From the NCBI GenBank assembly GCA_963729535.1, contig CAVSOL010000006.1:111418-175417 (forward strand): a DNA stretch of 64,000 bases, read 5' to 3'. Source of the stretch: an uncultured Pseudomonadota bacterium (lineage in GTDB: Bacteria; Myxococcota_A; Polyangia; Fen-1088). The position numbers were made by a program, and so were the translations under genes. Numbering within the stretch: position 1 is the first letter of the stretch; each line of letters begins with the position of its first letter. Positions 50,265 to 62,779 of this stretch are shown here, one piece after another. The notes below the pieces were generated by a model. That model did no database searches. It worked only from the letters and a program-made list of their open reading frames with translations, and was not told the origin of the DNA.

Positions 50265-51087
50265 TCAGCGGACCAGCCGCACCGGAACGATCGTCTCGTC
50301 TTCCGACGCGCTGCTCGCCGATTGCACACCGCGCACCGCGTCCCGATCGTAGAGGTGGGACAGGTTCACGTTGCCCATCGCCGCCAGCATCGTCTGGCGC
50401 AGCGTCGGGTGTTTGCTGTTCCATGTCGGCGAGCATCGCCTTCATCTGCTTGCGCTGCGCGTTCTCCTGCGAGCCGCACAGCAGGCACGGCAGGATGGGA
50501 AACTTTCGCGTCTCCGCGAACGCCGCCAGGTCACTCTCCGCGGCGTAGGCGAGCGGCCGGATGACGATGAAGCGGCCGTCGTCGCTGGTCAGCCGCGGCG
50601 GCATCGACGCCAGCTTGCCGCCGAAGAACAGGTTCAGCAGCAGCGTCTCCAGCGCGTCGTCGCGATGGTGGCCGAGCGCGATCTTGTTGCACCCGAGCTC
50701 AGCCGCCGCGCCATACAACACGCCGCGCCGCAGCCGGGAGCACAGCGAGCAGTAAGTCTTCCCGGCCGGGATCTTGTCGACGACGATCGAGTAGGTGTCC
50801 TCATGTAGGAGCTTGTGCGGAATTCCCTCAGATGCGAGCCACTGCGCCAGCGGCGTCCCGTCGTATCCGGGCTGGCCTTGATCCAGGTGGACCGCGAGCA
50901 ACTCGAATGAAATGGGCGCGCGCGCCTGTAGGTCGCGCAGCAGCACACACATGGCGTAGCTATCTTTGCCCCCAGACATGGCGACAAGGATGCGATCCCC
51001 TTCTTCGATGAGTCGGTAGTCGCCGACAGCGCGGCCAATGTCTCGGAGAAGTCGGCGTTCCAGCTCCATGATGATCCGGGGGAGCAT
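50265..51087 (-). CDS. ttcA: tRNA 2-thiocytidine(32) synthetase TtcA (frame correction needed about 50420 near the 3' end)
   Basis: SGGKDS PP-loop, CxxC pairs (CSLCSRLRRG, CLLCGS); the C-terminal tail in the alternative frame reads HPTLRQTMLAAMGNVNLSHLYDRDAVRG...VRLVR*. Confidence 0.8.
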
Positions 51088-51103
51088 GTTACCCTCGAAT
51101 GGG

Positions 51104-52333
51104 ATGCGCAATAGACGTTCCACCGGCTGGATGTTCGGGCTGGCAGGTTCGGCGCTGGCGCACGTCGGTCTGGTGCTCGGCCTGTTCGTGCTCGGGCGCG
51201 ACGCGTCCGCGGACGTGGACCCCGCCTCCGAGCTGGCGGCGATGACGGCGACACCGATCGATCTCGTTGCCGATGTCGCGCTCACCGACCACGTGTCGCC
51301 GCCGATGGTGCTGGAGCCGGCCGTGGCCGAGCGCCCCTGGGACGCGCCTCCCGGCGACAAGGACAATCCCGTGGCGGTCACCGTGGCGCCCGCGGCCGCC
51401 GACGGGCGGGCGCGCCTCGCACCCGCGCCCGATCAGGGACGCAGCGGCGGCGCGCCCGCGGACCACGCCTTCCGGCGCGATCGCACGGTGTTGCGCTCGC
51501 GGCTCGACGACGGCGCCTCCGAGGTGCAACCGGCGCGCACGCGCACGTCCGGCCGCCAGACGTCGCCGCAGGCGCAGCGGCGCGAGCCGGTGGTCGGCGT
51601 CGGCGATTCCGTGCGCACCGTCGTGCCGAAGCGGCCACCCACGACGGGACGCACCCCGACCGACCTGGCCCTGGGCGGCACGCCCGCGGGCGCGGCGCCG
51701 GAGGTTTCGCCCGCGAGCGAGGCAGCGCCCGACACGGCGCGCACGCAGGGACCGATCGACGCCGACCGCGGCGCGCGCAGCTTCGACACCGAACGACCCG
51801 GCAAGGCCAACGACAACGACACGTTGCGCGCGGCTTCGAACGAGCTGCACCCCGGCTTGACCGATTTCTCGCGGCCGGCGGCGCCGGCGCCTGAACCCGC
51901 CCACGAGGGGCGCGGACCCGCGTCGCAGCCCGGCGCCGTCGCGCGCGCCGCGTCGGGGACAGCCGCCGCCCAGCTCGGCGCCCCCAACCCGAAGATCGTC
52001 GGCCCGGACGTCGCGGAGCGCACGCTGGAGCGGCGCTATCAGCGCTACAAGCTGGAGATCAGACAGCGCGTCAATGGCGTCCTGGAGTTTCCCAGGGCGC
52101 TCGCGCTGCGTCTCGAACAGGGCGAAACCATCGTCTACTTCGTGGTCGGCGTCGAAGGACGGCTGTCCGAGGGCCCGTGGGTAGTGAAGTCGTCGGGATT
52201 CCAGGAGTTCGACAGCGCCGCCATCCGCGCCGTGCGACGCGCGGCTCCTTTTCCGCCGATGCCCGACGGTAGCAACGCCCGGCCGTTGCCAGTATCGATG
52301 CCAGTGACTTTCGATAATCCGGTTGTGCGATGA
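51104..52333 (+). CDS. TonB family protein (TM anchor, Pro/Ala-rich spacer, TonB_C domain)
   Basis: TM segment WMFGLAGSALAHVGLVLGLFVL; C-terminal YPRALALRLEQGETIVYFVVGVEGRLSEGPWVVKSSGFQEFDSAAIRAVRRAAPFPPMP. Confidence 0.65.
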   Translation: MRNRRSTGWMFGLAGSALAHVGLVLGLFVLGRDASADVDPASELAAMTATPIDLVADVALTDHVSPPMVLEPAVAERPWDAPPGDKDNPVAVTVAPAAADGRARLAPAPDQGRSGGAPADHAFRRDRTVLRSRLDDGASEVQPARTRTSGRQTSPQAQRREPVVGVGDSVRTVVPKRPPTTGRTPTDLALGGTPAGAAPEVSPASEAAPDTARTQGPIDADRGARSFDTERPGKANDNDTLRAASNELHPGLTDFSRPAAPAPEPAHEGRGPASQPGAVARAASGTAAAQLGAPNPKIVGPDVAERTLERRYQRYKLEIRQRVNGVLEFPRALALRLEQGETIVYFVVGVEGRLSEGPWVVKSSGFQEFDSAAIRAVRRAAPFPPMPDGSNARPLPVSMPVTFDNPVVR

Positions 52334-52407
52334 ATTCCGCGACGTATTTTCTGAAGAATTCGGAGCTCGGCGGCGCTAACATTTGAAACGCTGGGACGTG
52401 TCGCGAC

Positions 52408-53643
52408 ATGCGTGAATCCAGCACAGGCAACAACGACGACTCGATAGAGTCGAAGGACCCGTCGGCGACGGGTGCCGGCGGGCCCAACCCGCCGCATTCG
52501 CACAGCCACGCCAGCCGGCGCTCACAGCCGCGGCGGCTGTGGTTCTGGCTGGCCGTCACCGCGGTGATTCACGCGGAGGTGCTGCTGCTCGTCGGCCTCG
52601 GCCTGTACATCTTCCTGCCGCGCGACGCTGATCTGGCGCGCGCGATGGCCGGCCGCGGCGCCAACCCCGATTCGATCGAGGTCGGCATGCTGGATCAGGA
52701 GGCCGCGCGCGAGATCATCGCCGATCTGGAGAAGCAGGACGAGCAGCGCAAGGCCGAGGAGGAGCGCAAGGAGGTCGAATCGCTGCACCCGCCCGGGCAG
52801 GTCGTCGATCTGCCGACGCCGCGCGAGGAGAAGCGGCCGGACAAGGCGGAGTTCGTCTCCGAGCACGACAGCACGGTCGAGCGCCAGACCAAGAAGTACG
52901 GGCGATTCGAGGACAAGGCGAAGCTGGGCGACGCGACCGGGTCGGCGTCGGTGACGCGGCCGCCGACACCGTCGGGCGACGGCCGGATGGCGATGCGCAC
53001 GCCGGACCTCGGCAAGTTCCTGCGCGGCGGGGCGCCGGGGCCGTCGGGGCGCACCGGGCGGCCGGGCGCCGCTTACGGCGTTCCCAGCACCGGCGCACCC
53101 GAGCCGAACGGGCTGCCCGAGCTGGGCGCGGACATTCAGCCGAAGCCGGGTGGCGGCGGCACGCGCGGCGGCACCGGCCCGATGCTGATGCCGAGCGACG
53201 AGCAGCTCGCCCGCGCCATCGGCGGCGGCACGCAGGACGCGCTGCGCGACGTCGACGACGGCGCCGAGACCGCGCTCAACTCGAAGCGATGGCGGTTCGC
53301 GTCGTTCTTCAACCGCGTCAAGCGCCAGGTCGCGGAGCACTGGCATCCCGACGAGGTCTACCGCCAGCGCGATCCGACGGGCGCCGTCTACGGTCGCCGC
53401 AACCGGTACACCGAGCTGCGCATCCAGCTCAAGCCCGACGGCCGACTCAGCAAGGTCGCGCTCGCGTCGCCGAGCGGGCTCGAATTCCTCGACGATGAAG
53501 CCATCGAAGCGTTCAAGGAAGCAGAGCCGTTCCCGAATCCGCCGCGCCAGCTGGTCGAAAACGGGTTCATCAACTTCGGCTTCGGCTTCCTGTTCGACCT
53601 CAACGGTCCGCCGCAGATGCGCTGGTTTCGCTACAACTACTAG
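52408..53643 (+). CDS. TonB family protein, second paralog (Glu/Lys/Pro-rich linker, TonB_C domain)
   Basis: TM segment LWFWLAVTAVIHAEVLLLVGLGLYIF; C-terminal ...TELRIQLKPDGRLSKVALASPSGLEFLDDEAIEAFKEAEPFPNPP. Confidence 0.7.
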   Translation: MRESSTGNNDDSIESKDPSATGAGGPNPPHSHSHASRRSQPRRLWFWLAVTAVIHAEVLLLVGLGLYIFLPRDADLARAMAGRGANPDSIEVGMLDQEAAREIIADLEKQDEQRKAEEERKEVESLHPPGQVVDLPTPREEKRPDKAEFVSEHDSTVERQTKKYGRFEDKAKLGDATGSASVTRPPTPSGDGRMAMRTPDLGKFLRGGAPGPSGRTGRPGAAYGVPSTGAPEPNGLPELGADIQPKPGGGGTRGGTGPMLMPSDEQLARAIGGGTQDALRDVDDGAETALNSKRWRFASFFNRVKRQVAEHWHPDEVYRQRDPTGAVYGRRNRYTELRIQLKPDGRLSKVALASPSGLEFLDDEAIEAFKEAEPFPNPPRQLVENGFINFGFGFLFDLNGPPQMRWFRYNY

Positions 53644-53741
53644 CGCTCCTCCCGACCGGTCGATCAGCCGGTGACGCTTCTTGCGCGGTGGCAAGGGGTG
53701 GACAGGTTAAGGGTGGGTACCGGAACGTAGGGGAGGGCACG

Positions 53742-54400
53742 ATGAATTTCGACCGAAGTTCATGGTCGAGGTGGGCGGTGTTGGGGGTCGGTCTGGGCGT
53801 GTTGACGGCGGCGACGCCACTGTGGGCGCAGGCGCCGCAGGAAGAGGAGATCGACGCCACATCGCGGCTGATCGAGGCAACAGATCAGTCGGAGACGCGT
53901 GGGCCGAGCGCGTTGTTTTCGGGGCCGTCGCTGCGCGAGACGGGGCGCATCGGCGCCATGCCGTCGGCGGCGCCCAGCAACCTCATCGAGCCCAATGCGC
54001 AGATGAGCTCGCCGAACGAGAAGTCGATCGCGCCGGCGGCGACCGCGCTGGAGGAAGAGCAGACGCCCCCCAGGCGGCCGACCGGCGTGATCGACAAGCG
54101 CGTGCTGGACCGCGAGATCGCGGAGCGGTTCGTCACAATCGACGACTGTCGTGTCGAGGTCGCGCGCACGCACCAGGTGCTGCCCACCGCGGTCACGGCG
54201 GTCACGTTGCTGCTGCGCTGGACGATCGAGCGCGACGGGACGACCAGCGGTACCGACGTCGTGGCGACCAGCGCGTCGACATGGCGGTGATGGACTGCGC
54301 CAAGCGAGTGATGTCGCGGTGGACGTTCACGCGGCCGCGCGGCGGTACGCGTCTCGGTCGAGCGCCCGTTCACTGTTCAAGCTCGCTGCGCGAACGCTAG
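53742..54400 (+). CDS. Small secreted protein with TonB_C-like C-terminus (frame correction needed about 54280)
   Basis: GGGGAGGG SD; signal MNFDRSSWSRWAVLGVGLGVLTAATPLWAQA; ...VTLLLRWTIERDGTTSGTDVVATSAS / ...AVMDCAKRVMSRWTFTRPRGG split across two frames. Confidence 0.45.
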
Positions 54401-54442
54401 GTCGTTCCCGGCGACCGGCCGACAGGAGTATCCTGGAGGCCG

Positions 54443-55667
54443 GTGCGTCGGGGAGCGCTATGCGTCGCGTTGGCCGTTGCAGGTGGCGGCTGCGGCATGT
54501 TCGGCGGCGGCGGTGGCGCGCCGTCCGCGAGCGGTGTGCGGCTGCCGAGCGCGCCGAAGGAACAGGCCAAGTGCCGCGTCGCCGCGAGCCAGTCGAGCCC
54601 GCTGGTGACCGAGTGGCCCGCGTCCGAGAAGGCGAACCTGGAAGCCCTGCTGGGGGCAGGCGGCGTCGCCGTGGCGTATTCAGGCTGCGCGATGCGCGTG
54701 CTGCCCCAGTGCCGCGTGCGTGGCAGCTACCGGTGGCAGCGGACGACGCCGGCCACCGACGTCATCGACATCAACGACGCGGACGAGCTGTTCACGAAGT
54801 TGCCGCTGGGCGCGGCGTCGCTGGAGGGCGAGCTCAAGCGGTCCGGCAAGCTGTCGGTCACGACGACGGTGGCGGGACAGATGAAGCTGGAGGGGGCGGC
54901 GCTGGCCGAGCTGACGGCGGATCCGAGCTGCGCGGGCGCCACGCACGTGGTCACGGCGCTGTCGGTCGGCGCGTTCGCGCTCAACGCCGGCGGGATCGGC
55001 GTCGGGCAAGGTGAACGCCTCCGTGACGGTGGTCGGCGAGGCGCGCGCCGGGCGCGAGCGCAGCGAAGGGCAGATCCGCTCCGCCGGCAGCGCTGAAAGC
55101 TGCGGCGACAGCACGGCCGAAGCGGCGAACGCGAACTGCCGGTCGCCCATCCAGGTGTTCCTGCAGCAGCTGCCGGGGCGCGGCGTGCAGGAGGGACCGC
55201 CGGGCACGGTCAGGGTCAACTTCGTGTCGGAGAACGACGACGCCCGCTGGGACGTGTACGCGAACGACGAGGTCATCTGCACGACGCCGTGCTCGAAGTG
55301 GGTCGACCCGCTGCGCCCGGTGACGCTGCGCGCGCGTGACAGCAGCATCATGTTCATGTCGCCCGATCGGGTGAACGTGGCGCGCTTCGCCGAGCCGGGC
55401 GCGTCGCTGCGCCTGGAGGCGCACCCGACGGCGCGCGTGCGGTTCATGACCGGCATGGCCGTCGGCGGCACCGGCGCGATGGTGGCGCTGATGGGCGCCA
55501 TGCTCGCGGCGTCGAGCTGCGGTCATGACGAAAACGACGTGTTCATGCGCGGCGATCGCTGCAAGCCGTCGCTGATCGCGATGGGCATCGGCATCCCGAT
55601 TGCGCTGGTGGGGACGTGGCTGGCGCTGACCGCGCGGCCGTACGCCGAGGTCAGCGGGTTGGAGTAG
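54443..55667 (+). CDS. Lipoprotein / membrane protein of unknown function (frame correction needed about 54995)
   Basis: GTG start; MRRGALCVALAVAGGGCG signal; C-terminal TM helices (MAVGGTGAMVALMGAMLAA, IAMGIGIPIALVGTWLALTA) in ORF 55011..55667. Confidence 0.45.
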
Positions 55668-55673
55668 GATGCG

Positions 55674-56894
55674 ATGCGACTGCGCCCCGAGCCGGCGCTG
55701 ACGCTGGCGGCGCTGCGCATCGTCGTCGCGGCGCTGGTGCCGATCGCGCCCGGCTTCCGCGAGGGGGCGCGGGCGGCGGTGCGCGATCCGGCGCTGTGGA
55801 TCGCGCCCGAGGGGCTGGGGTGGTTCGTGCGCCACGTGCCGATCAACGGCACGCTGGCGATCGCGGCGCAGGTGATCGTCGCGTTCGCCGCCGCGTGCGC
55901 GGTCGCCGGCGTGCGCGCGCGGCTGTGCTTCGGTGTGCTGTCGGTGGCCGGCTTCTACCTCTACGCCATCGCGCAGCTGGCCGGGCACGTGTGGCACGAC
56001 ATGCACCTGCTGTGGTTCTGCGCGCTGCTGGCGGCCAGCCCGTGCGCCGACGTGCTGGCGGTGGACGCGCGCCGGCCGCTGGAGGCGGAAGCAAAGGTGT
56101 ACGCGGTGGCGTTGACGGCGGCGCGGCTGCTGCTGGGGGCGATCTACTTCTTCCCCGGGCTGCGCAAGCTGACGACGTCGGGGCTGGCGTGGGCGCTGTC
56201 GGACAACCTGCGCAACCAGCTGTACTGGAAGTGGGCCGAACACGGCGTCGGTGCCGTGGCTGCGCATCGATCAGGCGCCGTGGCTGCTGCGGGCGGGCGG
56301 CCTGGGCGTGCTGGCGTTCGAGCTGTCGTTCGTCGTGCTGGTGTCGTTCCGGCGCACGCGCACCGTCGCGGCGGTGGCGGGCGTGGCGTTCCACCTGCTG
56401 TCGCAGTTCGTGTTCCGCATCCCGTTCGCCAGCCTGTGGCTGTGTTACGTCGCGCTGTTCGATCTGCGGCCGCTGCTCGGCTGGCTGCCGGCGGGGTGGC
56501 GGCGGCGGATCGACACGGGCGCCGCGGCCGTCGCCGGCGCGCGCGTGATGCGCCGCGCGTGGCCCGCCGCGGTGGTCGGCGGGCTGCTGCTGGCGGCGGC
56601 GGTCGTGCAGGGCGCCCGCGGTCAGATGCAGTCGTATCCGTTCGCCTGCTATCCGACGTTCGAGTGGATCGCGCGGCAGCGACATGCCCGATCTCGATGA
56701 TCGAGCGCGTCGACGCGGCGGGCGCGCGCGTCGAGATCGTGCACGCGCGCAGCGCCGGCGGCTACCGCACGCAGCGGCAGTGGGGCGAGATCTGGAGCCT
56801 GGCCGGCGTCACCGCGCCGGTAGACGCCGCGACGGCTGCGCGCCTACTACGCGGCGCTGGGCCGGCCGGCGCCGCGCCGCCGGCGGCGCCGTGA
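55674..56894 (+). CDS. HTTM-like polytopic membrane protein (two frame corrections needed, about 56255 and about 56690)
   Basis: Multiple TM segments with a conserved-looking aromatic/His pattern across ORFs 55674..56894 and 56251..56700. Confidence 0.5.
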   Translation: MRLRPEPALTLAALRIVVAALVPIAPGFREGARAAVRDPALWIAPEGLGWFVRHVPINGTLAIAAQVIVAFAAACAVAGVRARLCFGVLSVAGFYLYAIAQLAGHVWHDMHLLWFCALLAASPCADVLAVDARRPLEAEAKVYAVALTAARLLLGAIYFFPGLRKLTTSGLAWALSDNLRNQLYWKWAEHGVGAVAAHRSGAVAAAGGRPGRAGVRAVVRRAGVVPAHAHRRGGGGRGVPPAVAVRVPHPVRQPVAVLRRAVRSAAAARLAAGGVAAADRHGRRGRRRRARDAPRVARRGGRRAAAGGGGRAGRPRSDAVVSVRLLSDVRVDRAAATCPISMIERVDAAGARVEIVHARSAGGYRTQRQWGEIWSLAGVTAPVDAATAARLLRGAGPAGAAPPAAP

Positions 56895-56973
56895 GCTTCC
56901 GGCGCGTCTACCGCTCGGTCATCCCGGGCGAAGGCGGCCGCATCACGCGCCGGCCGGTCGCAGTTGCTGGCGA

Positions 56974-57646
56974 TCACGCCTTGATCGGGATGCCGCGGTC
57001 GAGCAGCGGCTTGCGGACCTGCGTCTCGAGCGAGCGCGCCGCCAGCTCCAGGTAGGCGTCCGACTGCATCCAGCCGAGCGCGTCGCCCAGGAACTCGTCG
57101 TGCTCCGCGCGGCGGCGCGCTTCGATCGCGCGCCACTGGTGGCGCACGGCGGCGATGCCGCGATCGGCGGCCTTCGCCGACGTGTTGCTTGTCGGCGTCG
57201 GTCAGCTTGTCGAGCGCCCAGTCGAGGAACATGAAGCCGAACACGCCGTGCGCCGCCTCGTCCTTGACGATGCGCCCGAGCACGGCGCGCGGCAGCGGGT
57301 GGCGGGCGGCGTGCCAGGTCGCGCGCAGCAGCGGGATCGACAGCGCCTCGCCGACGCAGAAGAAGCGCGCGATCATGTCCGCCGTGCGCAGCAGCGGCGA
57401 CAGCTGCGGGTCGGCGTCGAGGATCATCTGGTCGGGGTCGTGCTGGATCTCCGTGCCGCCGCCCAGCTCCATCGCCATGCGCGAGGCCAGCTCGACGTGC
57501 ACGAGCTCGTCGAGCGGAAAGCGGGCCGCCATCGCGATCAGATCGAGCGGCGCGCGGCACTCCATCAGCGCGCGCAGCGTGGCGGCGCACGCGATCGCCG
57601 TGCGGTGCTCCTGGAACGCGGCCCCCGTCCAGTGCTTGCGCGCCAG
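56974..57646 (-). CDS. Ferritin-like (di-iron carboxylate) protein (frame correction needed about 57080)
   Basis: Two E...H pairs (DELVHVELASRMAME; RIVKDEAAHGVFGF); real C-terminus ...AVRHQWRAIEARRRAEHDEFLGDALGWMQSDAYLELAARSLETQVRKPLLDRGIPIKA* in a second frame. Confidence 0.55.
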
Positions 57647-57675
57647 CGTCACCGACGCGGGCTGGAGTAGCCTGG

Positions 57676-60687
<3,012 letters not shown>

Positions 60688-61095
60688 CTACTCGCCCTGT
60701 TCGGCCAGGAACGCCTGGTACGCCGCCGCGTCGAGCAGGCCGTCCAGCTCTTTGGTGTTGCTGAGGGCCACCTGGATCATCCAGCCCTCGTCGTAGGGAT
60801 CTTCGTTGACGTATTCGGGCGAGTCCGCGAGCGGCGAGTTGACCTTGACGATCTTGCCGGTGACCGGCGCGAACAGGTCGGACACGGCCTTGACCGATTC
60901 CACCGACCCGAACACATCGGCCACCTTGACCGACTCACCCTCCTTGGGGAGGTCGACCTGCGTGACGTCGCCCAGCTGTTCGACGGCGAAGCGGGTCACG
61001 CCGATGGTCGCGACCTTCTGCCCGTCGCGGTCCTCGACGCGAGCCCATTCGTGATCCTTCGTGTAATAGAGATCGTCCGGGTAGAGCGCGCTCAT
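60688..61095 (-). CDS. gcvH: Glycine cleavage system H protein (lipoyl carrier)
   Basis: Lipoyl-lysine motif region ...VESVKAVSDLFAPV...; 135 aa; 1-bp spacing to gcvP. Confidence 0.95.
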   Translation of the reverse strand: MSALYPDDLYYTKDHEWARVEDRDGQKVATIGVTRFAVEQLGDVTQVDLPKEGESVKVADVFGSVESVKAVSDLFAPVTGKIVKVNSPLADSPEYVNEDPYDEGWMIQVALSNTKELDGLLDAAAYQAFLAEQGE

Positions 61096-62228
61096 GGCTT
61101 TTCCTTTTTGCTTCGCTTGTAGAACGGGCCTGCCACTACTTCTGCATCAACACGTTTGCCGCGACAATCGATCGAAAGCTTGCTGCCGGGGGCGGCGAGC
61201 CGTGGCGGGACATACCCCATCCCGACGTTCTTCTCCAGCGTCGGCGCCGGTCCGCCCGACGTGACCTGGCCGGCGGCGTCGCCGGCGGCGTCGTAGATCT
61301 GGTAACCGTGGCGCGCGACGCCTCGCGCGGTCATCACAAAGCCGGTCAGCTTGCGCGTGATGCCCGCCGCCGCCTGCGCGCGCAGCGCATCGCGGCCGAT
61401 GAAGTCGTCGCCGTCCATCTTCACCACCCAGCCGAGGCCCGCCTCCAGCGGCGTCGTGTCGTCGTCCAGGTCGCTGCCGTAGAGCGGCAGCCGCGCCTCC
61501 AGGCGAAGCGTGTCGCGCGCGCCCAGGCCAACCGGCTTGCCGCCCACGGTGGCCGCGGCCTCGAGCAGCCGGTCCCACAGCGCGGGCGCGTCGGAAGCGT
61601 CGCAGAACAGCTCGAAGCCGTCTTCGCCGGTGTAGCCCGTGCGGGCGATCCACACCCGCAAGCCCGCGACGACGGCGTCGACGGTGAGGCTGAAGCTGGT
61701 CAGGCCGGCGAGCGGCGTGCGCGTCAGCGTCTGCAATGCGCGTTCGGCAGCGGGCCCCTGGAAGGCGATGAGCCCGGTTTCCGCCGACGCGTCGCGGATG
61801 TCGCACGCGCCGCCTGCGTTGTCGACGAACCACGCCAGGTCCTTGTCGGTGGTGGCGCCGTTGACGACGGTGACGTAGTGGTCGGCCGCCAGGCGGTAGA
61901 TGATCAGGTCGTCGACGATGCCGCCCGAAGGCCGGCATGCGACCGTGTACAGCGCGCGTCCGTCCTGCAAGCGCAGCACGTCGTTGGTGACCAGGCGCCG
62001 CAGCGTCTCGCCGGCGCGCGGCCCGGAGAAATGGAATTCCCCCATGTGGCAGACGTCGAAGACGCCGACCGATGTGCGGGTCGCATGATGTTCATCCAGG
62101 ATTCCGCCGGGATACGACACGGGCATCGACCAGCCGCCGAATTCGACCATCCTGGCTCCGAGACGTCGGTGCGCTTCGTGGAGCGGAGTGCGCCTGGCGG
62201 GAGCGCCCGAACTTGCCGGCATCGACAT
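61092..62228 (-). CDS. gcvT: Glycine cleavage system aminomethyltransferase T
   Basis: ...RRTPLHEAHRRLGARMVEFGGWSMPVSY... N-terminus typical of GcvT; 4-bp overlap with gcvH. Confidence 0.95.
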   Translation of the reverse strand: MSMPASSGAPARRTPLHEAHRRLGARMVEFGGWSMPVSYPGGILDEHHATRTSVGVFDVCHMGEFHFSGPRAGETLRRLVTNDVLRLQDGRALYTVACRPSGGIVDDLIIYRLAADHYVTVVNGATTDKDLAWFVDNAGGACDIRDASAETGLIAFQGPAAERALQTLTRTPLAGLTSFSLTVDAVVAGLRVWIARTGYTGEDGFELFCDASDAPALWDRLLEAAATVGGKPVGLGARDTLRLEARLPLYGSDLDDDTTPLEAGLGWVVKMDGDDFIGRDALRAQAAAGITRKLTGFVMTARGVARHGYQIYDAAGDAAGQVTSGGPAPTLEKNVGMGYVPPRLAAPGSKLSIDCRGKRVDAEVVAGPFYKRSKKEKP

Positions 62229-62554
62229 CTGGGCCGCACATCCTGGAAGAAACGCTCAGCTAATTCAAGCGGCCCAGCACTGGCGCATCGGCCGAGCGTA
62301 ACTAAGAAAGTGCTGCCTCGAAACCTCTTGCAAACAAAGGTCGGCGCATAGTGAAGGCTGTGACGACGAGAGCGAGCAATCAGGGATGAGCGGGGAGCCC
62401 GGGCGCGGGAACGGCCGAGGTCGCTCCCGCGCCCGGAGCATTTCGTAGTCATCGAGTCGAGAGGATTTTTTTTCGAGGTTGAGTTCGAGATCGAAGGTCG
62501 GAATTTTTTCGGTAGAATCCACGTTGGCAAGGGTGAGCAACACGGGAGGGCAAG

Positions 62555-62779
62555 ATGACGCTGCGCCACATCAGTCCACGATCGATTGACTGGATGGATG
62601 CGATGGATGAGGGAGCGGGAGGCAGGGGTTGGGAACGCCTGGCACCCGAGGAGCAAGAGAAGCTGCTCCGGGACCGCCACATTACGAGCACGTCGGCGAA
62701 GTCCGCGCGCAGTCGCGTTGGACCCGAGCAGCAGCCGCAGCCGGGTCAGGGTTTCGAGTTCGCGTCGCCTTCGAGATAG
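62555..62779 (+). CDS. Speculative 74-aa ORF with strong SD in the gcvT upstream AT-rich region
   Basis: GGGAGGG 5 nt before the ATG; no recognisable domain; could be non-coding. Confidence 0.2.
   Translation: MTLRHISPRSIDWMDAMDEGAGGRGWERLAPEEQEKLLRDRHITSTSAKSARSRVGPEQQPQPGQGFEFASPSR

Noticed and set aside
62229-62560. Canonical glycine riboswitch upstream of gcvT
   Set aside because: Expected by context, but the conserved aptamer motifs are not recognisable by eye. Kept as a finding to be checked with a covariance model rather than annotated.
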